NCBI GenBank assembly: GCA_045126575.1
Contig: JBGVOQ010000017.1
Coordinates: forward strand, 26,555-90,554
Direction of reading: 5' to 3'
Source: Candidatus Onthoplasma sp.
Lineage (GTDB): Bacteria > Bacillota > Clostridia > Christensenellales > UBA1242
Length of the DNA stretch: 64,000 bases
The notes below the pieces were generated by a model. The model made no database searches and was not told the origin of the DNA. It saw only the letters and a program-made list of their open reading frames with translations. Positions 1 to 8,558 of this stretch are shown here, piece after piece; the first letter of the stretch is position 1; every line of letters starts with the position of its first letter. A program made the translations under genes and the position numbers.

Positions 1-18
1 AAAAACTTTTTCATCCAT
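1..18 (-). CDS. 5' end (6 codons, MDEKVF) of a gene that runs off the left edge of the window
   Basis: Minus strand reads AGGAG (30-26), 7-nt spacer, then ATG(18-16) GAT GAA AAA GTT TTT and continues past position 1. Too short to name. Confidence 0.35.
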
Positions 19-40
19 AATAATTCTCCTTTTATCAATT

Positions 41-65
41 AAAAAAATCAGTTTAGTCAAACTGA
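41..65 (-). terminator. Intrinsic-terminator-like hairpin inside the 5' leader of the left-edge gene (possible attenuator)
   Basis: Minus strand TCAGTTT-GACT-AAACTGA (65-48) followed by TTTTTTT (47-41). It lies between the promoter at 141-169 and the RBS at 26-30. Confidence 0.45.
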
Positions 66-140
66 ATTAGGCTCCTAGTTTGTGCACCTATACAAACACA
101 CCTACCAATAAAAGTTGGCTTTTAACTTCTACGTAAGTAG

Positions 141-169
141 ATTATAGCGCCAAATATGTTAAATGTCAA
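141..169 (-). promoter_or_regulatory. Sigma-A type promoter for the left-edge gene
   Basis: Minus strand TTGACA (169-164), 17 nt, TATAAT (146-141). Confidence 0.55.
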
Positions 170-261
170 CCAATTTATCAAAAAATTTTTGCACGTCCCA
201 ATTTATGATATTTAACATATCATATAATTATATGCTAAGGTTTCAAACCCTATTCACATTT

Positions 262-519
262 TTAATCTTCCGGCAAATATTCTACGATAAACTTGTCAAA
301 ATTAACACTCTCAATAAAATCCACCGGCTTAAATAATGTCATTGAAAACTTGTTAAAGTCACTTATATGTTTGTTTAACAAAACAGGTGTAGGAATATCT
401 AATCCTTCGCACAAACTTTTAATCATGTCAAAAAATGTACACTCACTTGGTTGTACGCTAACAGTAAAATGCTTAACTATCTTTTCGTTAACAAAAATCT
501 TGCCCCAGATATTAATCAT
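262..519 (-). CDS. Hypothetical small protein (85 aa from ATG at 519; the ORF track extends to a TTG at 555)
   Basis: Open frame only, with no recognisable motif and no clear RBS. TGgTATAGT lies a few nt upstream of the ATG, so the mRNA may have a very short leader. Confidence 0.35.
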   Translation of the reverse strand: MINIWGKIFVNEKIVKHFTVSVQPSECTFFDMIKSLCEGLDIPTPVLLNKHISDFNKFSMTLFKPVDFIESVNFDKFIVEYLPED

Positions 520-668
520 ACATATTATACTATACCAAAATTTAAAAAAAATCAAATATATTTGACTTATTTCAATAAATATTATATTCTAACTATATAT
601 TAAACAAATGTATTAAGACTCGAATATATTAAGAAACGAATATATTAACATTATATTTAGGAGATTTT

Positions 669-1838
669 ATGCGAAACACAACTGTTGCTTTAAAAACCTG
701 CGTAGAATATACGCCCAATATAGTAAACCTAGCATTGCAACAATGCTTTGATTTGCTTGGCGGATTAAATAGCATTATCAAACCTAGCCACAAGGTGCTA
801 ATCAAGCCCGATTTGTATTGTGTAACCGAGCCAAACATTGCCAAAACTAGCCACCCTAATATTATTGGCGCCTTAGCAGAACAGATTGCAAAAATTGGCG
901 CAAGATGCACTATTGCAGATTCTCCAAAGGGAAATTTTACACAATCAACCCTAGACAAAGCCTACATAAAAACACAGATGTTGCAAGCCAGCAACGAAGG
1001 CAACGCAACACTTAACACAAATGATGGTGTATCCTCTATTTGTAATCCCGATGGCGAGCAAAGCCGAGATATTTATATAATGGACGCAGTTAATGATGCA
1101 GATGTTATAATTAATGTTGGTAAACTTAGATGTGACAAGCACTTAGGGCTTATTGGTTGCGCTCAAAATCTATTTGGACTTGTACCTGGGAAATTCAAAT
1201 CATTAGTAACAACTCGTTGCAACACAATGCAGTCTTATTGCAATTATATGATAGACTTATACGAAACACTTGAAAATAAAATAGTAATCAATGTACTGGA
1301 CTCTGTGGTTGGTTGTGAATGTAACAACGACCCACGAATCCTAAATAGCATTATTGTTGGCGAAAATCCTTTTGCAGTTGATGCTGTTGCTTTAAAAATT
1401 ATCAATCAAAAATTAGACGGCAATATAATATTAAACGAAGCGGTTAGAAGAAACAAATTTAAGCCTGAGTTTGACATATTGGGCGACAACTTTGAAAGCC
1501 TAGTTTGCTGGGACTTTAATTACACTCAATCTACTACCAACATAAGCAAAACCTCACCAGCCGTTGCTAAATTTAGATATAACTCATTACAGAAGCGACC
1601 TACCATTTCGCCGAAACTATGCAAGGGCTGCAATGTGTGTGTTACAAATTGCCCAATGAAAGCCGTTAGTATGGAAAATGGGAAATTTGGCAAATTCGCA
1701 AAAGTTGACTATACAAAATGCATAAGTTGCTTTAAGTGCGTTGATATCTGCCCTTACAAAATAGTACAAGCAAAAACACCATTTAGATACAAATCTATTG
1801 ACAAAATGATAAAAAAATCAAACCGTAATAAAAAATAA
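669..1838 (+). CDS. DUF362 domain protein with C-terminal 2x[4Fe-4S] ferredoxin-type domain
   Basis: N-terminal KVLIKPDL...SHPNIIGALAEQIAKIGA pattern is typical of DUF362. C-terminus has CKGCNVCVTNCP and CISCFKCVDICP cysteine motifs. RBS AGGAG precedes the ATG. Confidence 0.85.
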   Translation: MRNTTVALKTCVEYTPNIVNLALQQCFDLLGGLNSIIKPSHKVLIKPDLYCVTEPNIAKTSHPNIIGALAEQIAKIGARCTIADSPKGNFTQSTLDKAYIKTQMLQASNEGNATLNTNDGVSSICNPDGEQSRDIYIMDAVNDADVIINVGKLRCDKHLGLIGCAQNLFGLVPGKFKSLVTTRCNTMQSYCNYMIDLYETLENKIVINVLDSVVGCECNNDPRILNSIIVGENPFAVDAVALKIINQKLDGNIILNEAVRRNKFKPEFDILGDNFESLVCWDFNYTQSTTNISKTSPAVAKFRYNSLQKRPTISPKLCKGCNVCVTNCPMKAVSMENGKFGKFAKVDYTKCISCFKCVDICPYKIVQAKTPFRYKSIDKMIKKSNRNKK

Positions 1839-1891
1839 TGCATAAAAGCAAGCCTTTCACACAATCTAATAATATCAATTAGGAGATTGTT

Positions 1892-2128
1892 ATGTTAAAA
1901 ATAGTTGCATTTATTATAACCATTGTCGGCGGAATTAATTGGCTTGCAATTGGCATGCTGCAATATGATTTTGTTGCAGGAATATTTGGCACACAGGCAA
2001 ACATATTTAGTCGTATTGTATATACTCTGGTCGGAGTTTCTGCCATATATATAACATGTGCTATCATTGCCAATAAAGGCAGATTAACTGAAGGCGAAAA
2101 AAAGAGAAAAAAAGCCGAGCAAGAATAA
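1892..2128 (+). CDS. DUF378 family small membrane protein
   Basis: IVGGINWLAIG...FDFV-type signature of DUF378 (YuzA-like). RBS AGGAG. A hairpin plus T-run follows at about 2141-2180. Confidence 0.8.
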   Translation: MLKIVAFIITIVGGINWLAIGMLQYDFVAGIFGTQANIFSRIVYTLVGVSAIYITCAIIANKGRLTEGEKKRKKAEQE

Positions 2129-2215
2129 ATATGTATACAAAATGTCCAAACAATTCGATATTGTTTGACATTTTTTTTATATATTGATAATATTTGCTTA
2201 GGAGAAAAATTTATA

Positions 2216-2460
2216 TGATATGGCTTTGGGTTTGGGGCATAGTTACGGCTATTGCCTTGATTGCAGAATTTTTAACTTCACACCTTGTAACAATTTGGTT
2301 TGCTGCTGGCGGATTAGTAACGTTGTTAGTTGTTGCACTTGCACCAGGATTGTTTATTGTTTGGCAAATTTTAATATTTGCTAGCGTATCATCAGTATTG
2401 CTTGTAAGTTTACGCAAAGTATGCTTGAAATATTTTAACAATCAGGATAAAAAACAATAG
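2216..2460 (+). CDS. Small multi-pass membrane protein, NfeD N-terminal-like (81 aa from ATG 2216)
   Basis: Hydrophobic throughout. AGGAG RBS lies 9 nt before ATG 2216. The ORF-track start at 2194 lacks an RBS. Confidence 0.45.
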
Positions 2461-2471
2461 GATTTGTAATT

Positions 2472-2507
2472 AAAAAACACTCTCCTTGATTTAGAGAGTG
2501 TTTTTTT
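2472..2507. terminator. Bidirectional rho-independent terminator between convergent genes
   Basis: AAAAAACACTCTC-loop-GAGAGTGTTTTTTT perfect hairpin with A-run and T-run flanks. Confidence 0.7.
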
Positions 2508-2518
2508 GTTTGGCTGTA

Positions 2519-2683
2519 CTAGTCTACTTGAACATAGTAACTACCCGAATGCTGAGTTGCTGGAAATCTTTTACCCTTTTCCAAATACAAACTTCCGCCA
2601 TTTTCACCATCTCGGCTGTAAGCTGAGTATGTGGCAGATTTTGGAACAATCTCACCAGGGGTCCATTTTTTACTTTCGCTCAT
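2519..2683 (-). CDS. YjzC-like small protein (54 aa), below the ORF-track size cutoff
   Basis: My own translation: MSESKKWTPGEIVPKSATYSAYSRDGENGGSLYLEKGKRFPATQHSGSYYVQVD. GGAG RBS at 2694-2691. Resembles the PGE..P..G.Y....G.....v.l.kGdrFP pattern of the YjzC family. Confidence 0.6.
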   Translation of the reverse strand: MSESKKWTPGEIVPKSATYSAYSRDGENGGSLYLEKGKRFPATQHSGSYYVQVD

Positions 2684-2779
2684 ATAGCACCTCCATATAT
2701 ATAATGTGCAAATTTGCTTATTTTACTCACCTATATAATAAATTATTTTATACATTCTTAAAACAAAATTGAAATTTGT

Positions 2780-2808
2780 TTGTATTAAATATTCTAAAGT
2801 GATATAAT
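2780..2808 (+). promoter_or_regulatory. Promoter of the ABC exporter operon, probably giving a leaderless mRNA
   Basis: TTGTAT (2780-2785), 17 nt, TGaTATAAT (-10 at 2803-2808). The ATG at 2816 is 7 nt after the -10 and has no Shine-Dalgarno. Confidence 0.45.
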
Positions 2809-2815
2809 ATCTTTG

Positions 2816-4552
2816 ATGAAAAACTTAGCAAAATATCTTAAATATTACAAACTCCAAGTTATACTTGGACCTATTTTTAAACTAATTGAAGCAATATTGG
2901 AACTGTATTGCCCATTGCTGGTGGCAAAAATTATTGATACAGGTATAGCCATGGGTGACACAGGCTACATTTTTAAATATGGCATATACGTTATTGCATT
3001 AAATATAATCGGTTTCGTGTTCGCAGTGATTTGCCAAAAATGTGCATCAATTGCCAGTGTAGGAGTCGCATCTAAAATACGTGAAGATATGTATAGTAAA
3101 ATAAATACTTTTTCACATGCAGAATTAGATAGCTTTGGAACATCTTCCCTACTTACAAGACTTACCAATGATGTAACTCAAATTGAAAATACCGTAAGTA
3201 TGCTAATCCGTGTAATGGTGCGTGTTCCTTGCTTGCTTGTTGGCTCAATAGTATTATCATTATTGATAAATATAAAATTATCATTGGTGTTCCTTATTGT
3301 AATTCCTATATTACTGGTAGTGCTGATACTTTTTACCAAAAAGTCAATGCCTTTTTATAAACTCGTTAGACAAAAGTTAGATGGGGTTTCCCGCATAACA
3401 CGTGAAAATCTATCAGGTATTAGAGTAGTACGCGCATTTAATCAGCAAAACCGTGAAGGTGAAAGATTTTATGATGCTAACGAAAAACTTGTTAAAACCC
3501 AAATCGGCGTTAGCCAAATATCTGCATTACTTAATCCATTAATTTTCCTAATTGTAGACTTTGCAATTATTGCGGTGTTATGGTTTGGCGGAATCGAAAT
3601 CAATCTAGGATTTATGAGTCAGGGTGAACTAATTGCCTTTTGTAACTACCTAACAACATTATCTGGAGCGCTACTATCTGCTTCAAGAATATATGTAAGA
3701 CTAGTAAGGTCTACCGCAAGTGCTCACCGCATCAATGAGGTTCTTCATACTGAGCCATCTGTTAATTTTAATACAGACTCTGTTAAATATGAATTGGATG
3801 AGAGCGCCCCAATTCTTGAGTTTAAAAACGTGGGCTTTTCATATGACATAACCGAAAAAGACCCTGAACGTATGTTCATTAAAGATTTAACATTTTCACT
3901 TATGCCCAACCAGACTGTTGGTATAATTGGAAGTACAGGGGCAGGAAAAACAACGCTTGCGAATCTTGTAACAAGATTCTACGACTGCAATTCAGGTCAA
4001 ATATTGTTATATGGTAAAGATATTAAAGAATATTCTCTATCTCAACTACGCGATATCGTAAGCATAACTCAACAACGTTCTACCCTATTTTCAGGTAGTT
4101 TACGCGAAAATATGCAAATACGAAAATCTGATGCTACAGATGAGGAAATTATATCTGCGCTTAAAACTTCTCAAGCATGGGATTTTGTAAAGGACTTACC
4201 TAATCAATTGGACTACAAAATAATGGCAGGCGGTAAAAACGTGTCCGGTGGACAAATGCAACGACTTACTATTGCTAGAAGTTTAATTGGAAATCCTAAA
4301 CTATTGATTTTGGACGACAGTGCTAGCGCATTGGATTTCCTAACCGATTTAAACCTACGCAAAGCACTTAAAAAAGACCTAAATTGTGCAACAATACTTA
4401 TATCACAACGTACAACCACCATCAAAAACTCCGACCTTATTATAGTACTTGACCACGGAGATGTGGTAGGTATGGGTACACATAAAGATTTGATTAAAAA
4501 TTGTGCAATTTATCGTGAAACATATCATTCACAAACACAAAGAGAGGAATAA
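2816..4552 (+). CDS. ABC exporter permease/ATPase subunit with a degenerate nucleotide-binding site
   Basis: Six-TM domain plus NBD. Walker A GSTGAGKTT, signature VSGGQ. Walker B LLILDD is followed by S rather than the catalytic E. H-loop position reads ISQR, not H. Confidence 0.9.
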   Translation: MKNLAKYLKYYKLQVILGPIFKLIEAILELYCPLLVAKIIDTGIAMGDTGYIFKYGIYVIALNIIGFVFAVICQKCASIASVGVASKIREDMYSKINTFSHAELDSFGTSSLLTRLTNDVTQIENTVSMLIRVMVRVPCLLVGSIVLSLLINIKLSLVFLIVIPILLVVLILFTKKSMPFYKLVRQKLDGVSRITRENLSGIRVVRAFNQQNREGERFYDANEKLVKTQIGVSQISALLNPLIFLIVDFAIIAVLWFGGIEINLGFMSQGELIAFCNYLTTLSGALLSASRIYVRLVRSTASAHRINEVLHTEPSVNFNTDSVKYELDESAPILEFKNVGFSYDITEKDPERMFIKDLTFSLMPNQTVGIIGSTGAGKTTLANLVTRFYDCNSGQILLYGKDIKEYSLSQLRDIVSITQQRSTLFSGSLRENMQIRKSDATDEEIISALKTSQAWDFVKDLPNQLDYKIMAGGKNVSGGQMQRLTIARSLIGNPKLLILDDSASALDFLTDLNLRKALKKDLNCATILISQRTTTIKNSDLIIVLDHGDVVGMGTHKDLIKNCAIYRETYHSQTQREE

Positions 4553-6300
4553 TGAAACCAGCTAACAAACCTTTTATGCAAACAATAAAAAAAGTTGTTG
4601 CTTATGCCAGACCGCATAAGGCTTATTTCTACTTATCTATAATATTTGCAATATCAGCAATTGGTTTAAATATGTTTGTTCCTGTAACGCTAGGTTGGGC
4701 TATCGACTGCGTTGTTGGAGCAGGCGCAGTAAACTTTGCAAAACTAACAAAACTGCTAATACTTATAGGCGTAATTGCGGTAGTTAGTGCTACACTTGAA
4801 TGGTTTGAAGTATTCTTTGAAAACATACTAACCAACCGTACCGCTCAAAGTATGCGAAATAAATGTTTTGACAAAATCAAAAGTGTACCACTAAAATATG
4901 TAGATAACGTCCCACATGGCGATATCATGAACACTATTATTAATGATATTGAAAATGTAACCGATGGATTCCTGTCAAGCTTTAAATCAATTGTTTCAGG
5001 CATAGTAACTGTATTAAGCGTAATTATATTTATGGTCACTATCAATTTAGCTATGGCACTCGTGGTAATTGTACTTGCTCCTCTAAGCTTGTTAGTATCA
5101 GTATATATAACAAAGAAATCTAAAAAAATGTACAAAAAACAGGTTGATAAACTTGGTGAAATCAGTGGATATAGCGAAGAAATGTTAGGCAATATAAAGG
5201 TTATCAAAGCTTTTAATAATGAGCAAACTAATATCGAGAACTTTTGTAAAATCAATAAAGACCTTGCCGTATCTTCTGAAAAGGCAGCATTCTACTCCTC
5301 GCTTGCAGGACCTTGTACAAGATTTATAAACGGAACATTATATGCTATCGTTGCAGTGTGTGGAGCATTTATTTGTATCGGTGGTCATATAAGTATTGGT
5401 CAAATTTCCACATTTTTAAGTTACGTTGGACACTATACCGAACCATTTAATGAAATCGCTAGTATTGTGGCAGATATTCAGGTCGCAGTAGCCAGCGCTA
5501 ACCGAGTGTTTGAATTGTTGGAAAGCAATGACGAAGTAAGTGATGACAACAGTATAAATATTGTAAATTGTAATGGCGAAGTAAAATTAAAAGATGTGTG
5601 TTTCTCATACACACCTCAGTCTAAGTTAATTGAAAATCTTAATGTATCCGTAGGAAAAGGTAAAACAGTTGCGATTGTCGGCCCTACCGGTTGCGGAAAA
5701 TCTACAATTATCAACCTATTAATGCGCTTTTATGATGTGAACAGTGGAAAGATTATGGTAAATAATCGTGATATCAAAAATGTTACTCGTAAAAGTTTGC
5801 GAAACTGCTATGGTATGGTGTTACAGGAAAGTTGGCTATACAACGCCTCAATCCGTGACAATATCGCTTATGGCAAGCCAGACGCAACAATGGACGAAAT
5901 TATCGAAGCCAGCAAATTGGCACATGCGCATACATTTATCGAAAAGTTGCCTGATGGTTATAACACAATTATTACCGAAAATGCCGATAACGTGTCAGCA
6001 GGTCAAAAACAACTTATATGTATTGCACGTATAATGTTAACCAAGCCACCAATGTTAATACTTGATGAGGCAACTAGCAACATTGACACTCGTACCGAAA
6101 TGAATATTCAACAAGCATTTGATTATATAATGGAAGGCCGTACGTGCTTTATAGTCGCACACCGCTTATCAACTATTATAAATGCCGATACAATACTGGT
6201 TATGAACAAAGGTAGAATAATCGAGCAAGGAACACATCAGGAACTACTTGCCAAAAATGGATTTTACACCCAACTATTCAACAGCCAGTTCGGTTCATAA
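4552..6300 (+). CDS. ABC exporter permease/ATPase subunit with a consensus nucleotide-binding site
   Basis: Walker A GPTGCGKST, Walker B MLILDEATS, H-loop VAHRLS, non-canonical signature VSAGQ. Its start overlaps the upstream stop (TAATG). Confidence 0.9.
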   Translation: MKPANKPFMQTIKKVVAYARPHKAYFYLSIIFAISAIGLNMFVPVTLGWAIDCVVGAGAVNFAKLTKLLILIGVIAVVSATLEWFEVFFENILTNRTAQSMRNKCFDKIKSVPLKYVDNVPHGDIMNTIINDIENVTDGFLSSFKSIVSGIVTVLSVIIFMVTINLAMALVVIVLAPLSLLVSVYITKKSKKMYKKQVDKLGEISGYSEEMLGNIKVIKAFNNEQTNIENFCKINKDLAVSSEKAAFYSSLAGPCTRFINGTLYAIVAVCGAFICIGGHISIGQISTFLSYVGHYTEPFNEIASIVADIQVAVASANRVFELLESNDEVSDDNSINIVNCNGEVKLKDVCFSYTPQSKLIENLNVSVGKGKTVAIVGPTGCGKSTIINLLMRFYDVNSGKIMVNNRDIKNVTRKSLRNCYGMVLQESWLYNASIRDNIAYGKPDATMDEIIEASKLAHAHTFIEKLPDGYNTIITENADNVSAGQKQLICIARIMLTKPPMLILDEATSNIDTRTEMNIQQAFDYIMEGRTCFIVAHRLSTIINADTILVMNKGRIIEQGTHQELLAKNGFYTQLFNSQFGS

Positions 6301-6328
6301 AAGCAAAGATTTAACTTTGCTTTTTTTT
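6300..6328. terminator. Bidirectional terminator between the ABC operon and the cwlD-like gene
   Basis: AAGCAAAG-ATTTAA-CTTTGCTT hairpin followed by a T-run. Confidence 0.65.
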
Positions 6329-7019
6329 AAATCCCTAAGTACATCATAATACCACGATATATACTATAAGTAAACTTTTCACGATAATCCTTGCTGTTTA
6401 ATAGTTTTACCTCCTCCGGTGATGACACAAATCCACATTCTACCAACACCGAAGTGTAATTGGTGCAGTTTAATATATAATAATCTCCACCGCTTACGGT
6501 TTTAGAAGTATTGCCCATATAATAACTTAAACAACCTTGAATTTTTTTTGCTGCATCAAAGCTAGTATCGCTACCTATTTGATAAAAAGTTTTAGCACCC
6601 TTACAACTATCCAATGGAAAACTATTCATATGCACACTTATCACCAAATCTGGTGTGGAATTGTTGATAATCTCTCTACGTTTGCGCATATCACTAAGTT
6701 TTTTGTTATCAGCACCATCATCATACAGCCCAGTATCGCCAGACCTTGTCATTACCACTTTTATTCCGGCATTGGTTAATAGTTTTTGTAAACTTTTAGC
6801 ATACTCAAGGTTTAAATCCTTTTCCACACTGCCATCAACTCCAATACTTCCACCATCTCTGCCGCCATGACCAGCATCAATTACAATCGTGTGTTGAGCT
6901 TTAGGTCTTGAGCCTGCCGCTATATATGGCACAGCCACCGCAAATCCCACCAAAATAGTTGCCACCAACAGCGGTATAATGTATACTAAATATTTTCTTT
7001 TATGAACCATTTTACTCAT
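6327..7019 (-). CDS. cwlD: N-acetylmuramoyl-L-alanine amidase, CwlD-like (germination-specific type)
   Basis: N-terminal TM segment, IDAGHGGRDGG, VISVHMNS, and ECGF..SP at the C-terminus. Size and layout match CwlD (Amidase_3). Confidence 0.7.
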   Translation of the reverse strand: MSKMVHKRKYLVYIIPLLVATILVGFAVAVPYIAAGSRPKAQHTIVIDAGHGGRDGGSIGVDGSVEKDLNLEYAKSLQKLLTNAGIKVVMTRSGDTGLYDDGADNKKLSDMRKRREIINNSTPDLVISVHMNSFPLDSCKGAKTFYQIGSDTSFDAAKKIQGCLSYYMGNTSKTVSGGDYYILNCTNYTSVLVECGFVSSPEEVKLLNSKDYREKFTYSIYRGIMMYLGI

Positions 7020-7136
7020 ACACTACAATATGCTTGTACACGACCTAAATATGCACTAATGCCATATATTTATCTCACTAAATACTACCCTTATTTCGCA
7101 TATAAAATTTGAAACTAGACCTATATTTTAACACAG

Positions 7137-7266
7137 TTATCCACACACAATCCACAAGTTATCCACATGTCAACACATACCATAAACCACTTAAAAATAG
7201 ATGTGTTAAAAAAGTTATCCACACAGTAAGTTGTAAATTGTGGATAACTTTTGTGGTTTGTCCACA
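7137..7266. promoter_or_regulatory. DnaA-box cluster (four perfect TTATCCACA/TGTGGATAA boxes and two near-perfect ones)
   Basis: Perfect boxes at 7137-7145, 7159-7167, 7215-7223 (plus strand) and 7239-7247 (reverse). TTGTCCACA at 7258-7266 and CAATCCACA at 7148-7156. Confidence 0.7.
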
Positions 7267-7359
7267 CATATTCACATATCAATTTTTTGTTGCTTTATGT
7301 ATTAAAAACAACCTTTTTGTAATCTAAATATTTTATATGTCAAAATGGTTATTTTTGCT

Positions 7360-7388
7360 TTGACAAAACCATTTAATATTGGTATAAT
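7360..7388 (+). promoter_or_regulatory. Sigma-A type promoter of nrnA
   Basis: TTGACA (7360-7365), 17 nt, TGgTATAAT (-10 at 7383-7388). Confidence 0.6.
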
Positions 7389-7426
7389 ACAATAGTCAAA
7401 ATTAAACATTTTAGTTAGGAGATTTT

Positions 7427-8407
7427 ATGAACCCCCAAATAAATAGATTGCTATCATCAGCAAAAAATATTGCCATTATTGGACACATTAATCCGGATGG
7501 AGATTGCTTTGGCTCTATTAGCGCTGTAAACGATTATATATCCACCAAACACGATTGCTTAATACATTGCTTTGCTCAATGCGAAACTATTGCAGAAGAA
7601 TTTAAACCATTTACTGAGGATATTAATTTTAATCCGCAACCTCTAGATAATTACGATTTATGTATATGCGTGGACGCTGCAGATATTGGCCGACTAGGAA
7701 AATATATGGACGTGTTTAACAACTCCAAAAACACTGTATGCATTGACCACCACGCCACTAATAAGGGTTTTGCAGATATTAATATTATCAACACAATTTC
7801 ATCTAACTGTGAAAATATCTACAACATGTTGCATGAAGATAATTTTGAAATAAGCAAAAAAACGGCTGGTAAATTGTTTGCCGGTATTGTGACCGATACC
7901 AACAACCTTTCAACCAATATGGTGACCGCCAATACATATAAGGCAGCAATGGACCTAATCAATAAAGGTATAAATTATTACAAAATTATCAAATTCTTTA
8001 TGGGCGGCAATAGCATGCCTCAATACAGATTGTTATCCATGGCTATGAACGGCGCTCAATTTTATAACAACAACACTATTATGGTAATGCGTATAACCAC
8101 CGACCAGTTAAATGCTGCGGGAGGAACTCAGGAAGATTTAAACCCAATTATCAACCAAGCATTTTGTATGAAACACGCAAAAGCGGCGCTACTAATAACA
8201 CCACGCAATGGTCAAGCCCATGTAAGTTTTAGAAGCCGTGGCGACATTGATGTTAGTGTGCTAGCCCAACACTTTGGCGGAGGCGGACACAAGCCGGCAG
8301 CAGCATTTACCAAACCAGAACTTTCTAGTGATGATTTAAATTTTATAATTAATAGCCTTTCTCAGCAAATAAATGCACTGCCTGAAGATAATGAAAGTTT
8401 GTTTTAA
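7427..8407 (+). CDS. nrnA: DHH/DHHA1 phosphoesterase, NrnA-type oligoribonuclease / pAp phosphatase
   Basis: IIGHINPDGDCFGS, IDHHATN (DHH motif) and GGGGH (DHHA1 motif). AGGAG RBS. Confidence 0.85.
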   Translation: MNPQINRLLSSAKNIAIIGHINPDGDCFGSISAVNDYISTKHDCLIHCFAQCETIAEEFKPFTEDINFNPQPLDNYDLCICVDAADIGRLGKYMDVFNNSKNTVCIDHHATNKGFADINIINTISSNCENIYNMLHEDNFEISKKTAGKLFAGIVTDTNNLSTNMVTANTYKAAMDLINKGINYYKIIKFFMGGNSMPQYRLLSMAMNGAQFYNNNTIMVMRITTDQLNAAGGTQEDLNPIINQAFCMKHAKAALLITPRNGQAHVSFRSRGDIDVSVLAQHFGGGGHKPAAAFTKPELSSDDLNFIINSLSQQINALPEDNESLF

Positions 8408-8558
8408 TTATTAAAAAAATTAATTATTTAATATTTATTATTTGTTATTTATTAATATTTATTATTTATACAATAAAAATATCATACACCTATTTTAATA
8501 TAAGAAAAATAAGGATTTTGTCCTTATTTTTTATTATTTTTAATCATTTATTTTAATA

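Noticed and set aside
2506-2772. 88-aa plus-strand ORF between the NfeD-like gene and the ABC operon
   Set aside because: It lies antisense to the better-supported YjzC-like gene (RBS plus family-like sequence) and begins inside the bidirectional terminator.
7109-7327. 72-aa plus-strand ORF in the cwlD/nrnA intergenic region
   Set aside because: It is composed of the DnaA-box repeats (its peptide repeats the translation of TTATCCACA), has no RBS, and overlaps the promoter region. Treated as non-coding.
7137-7400. Calling the DnaA-box cluster the chromosomal origin (oriC)
   Set aside because: dnaA and dnaN are absent from the window. Almost all genes to the right (8.5-62 kb) are on the minus strand, the opposite of what is expected to the right of an origin. 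I did not see a clear DnaA-trio or 13-mer unwinding element. Kept only as a DnaA-box cluster.
8408-8505. AT-rich repetitive blocks as CRISPR arrays or tandem repeats
   Set aside because: There is no fixed repeat unit or regular spacer length, only low-complexity A/T words. No cas genes are in the window.
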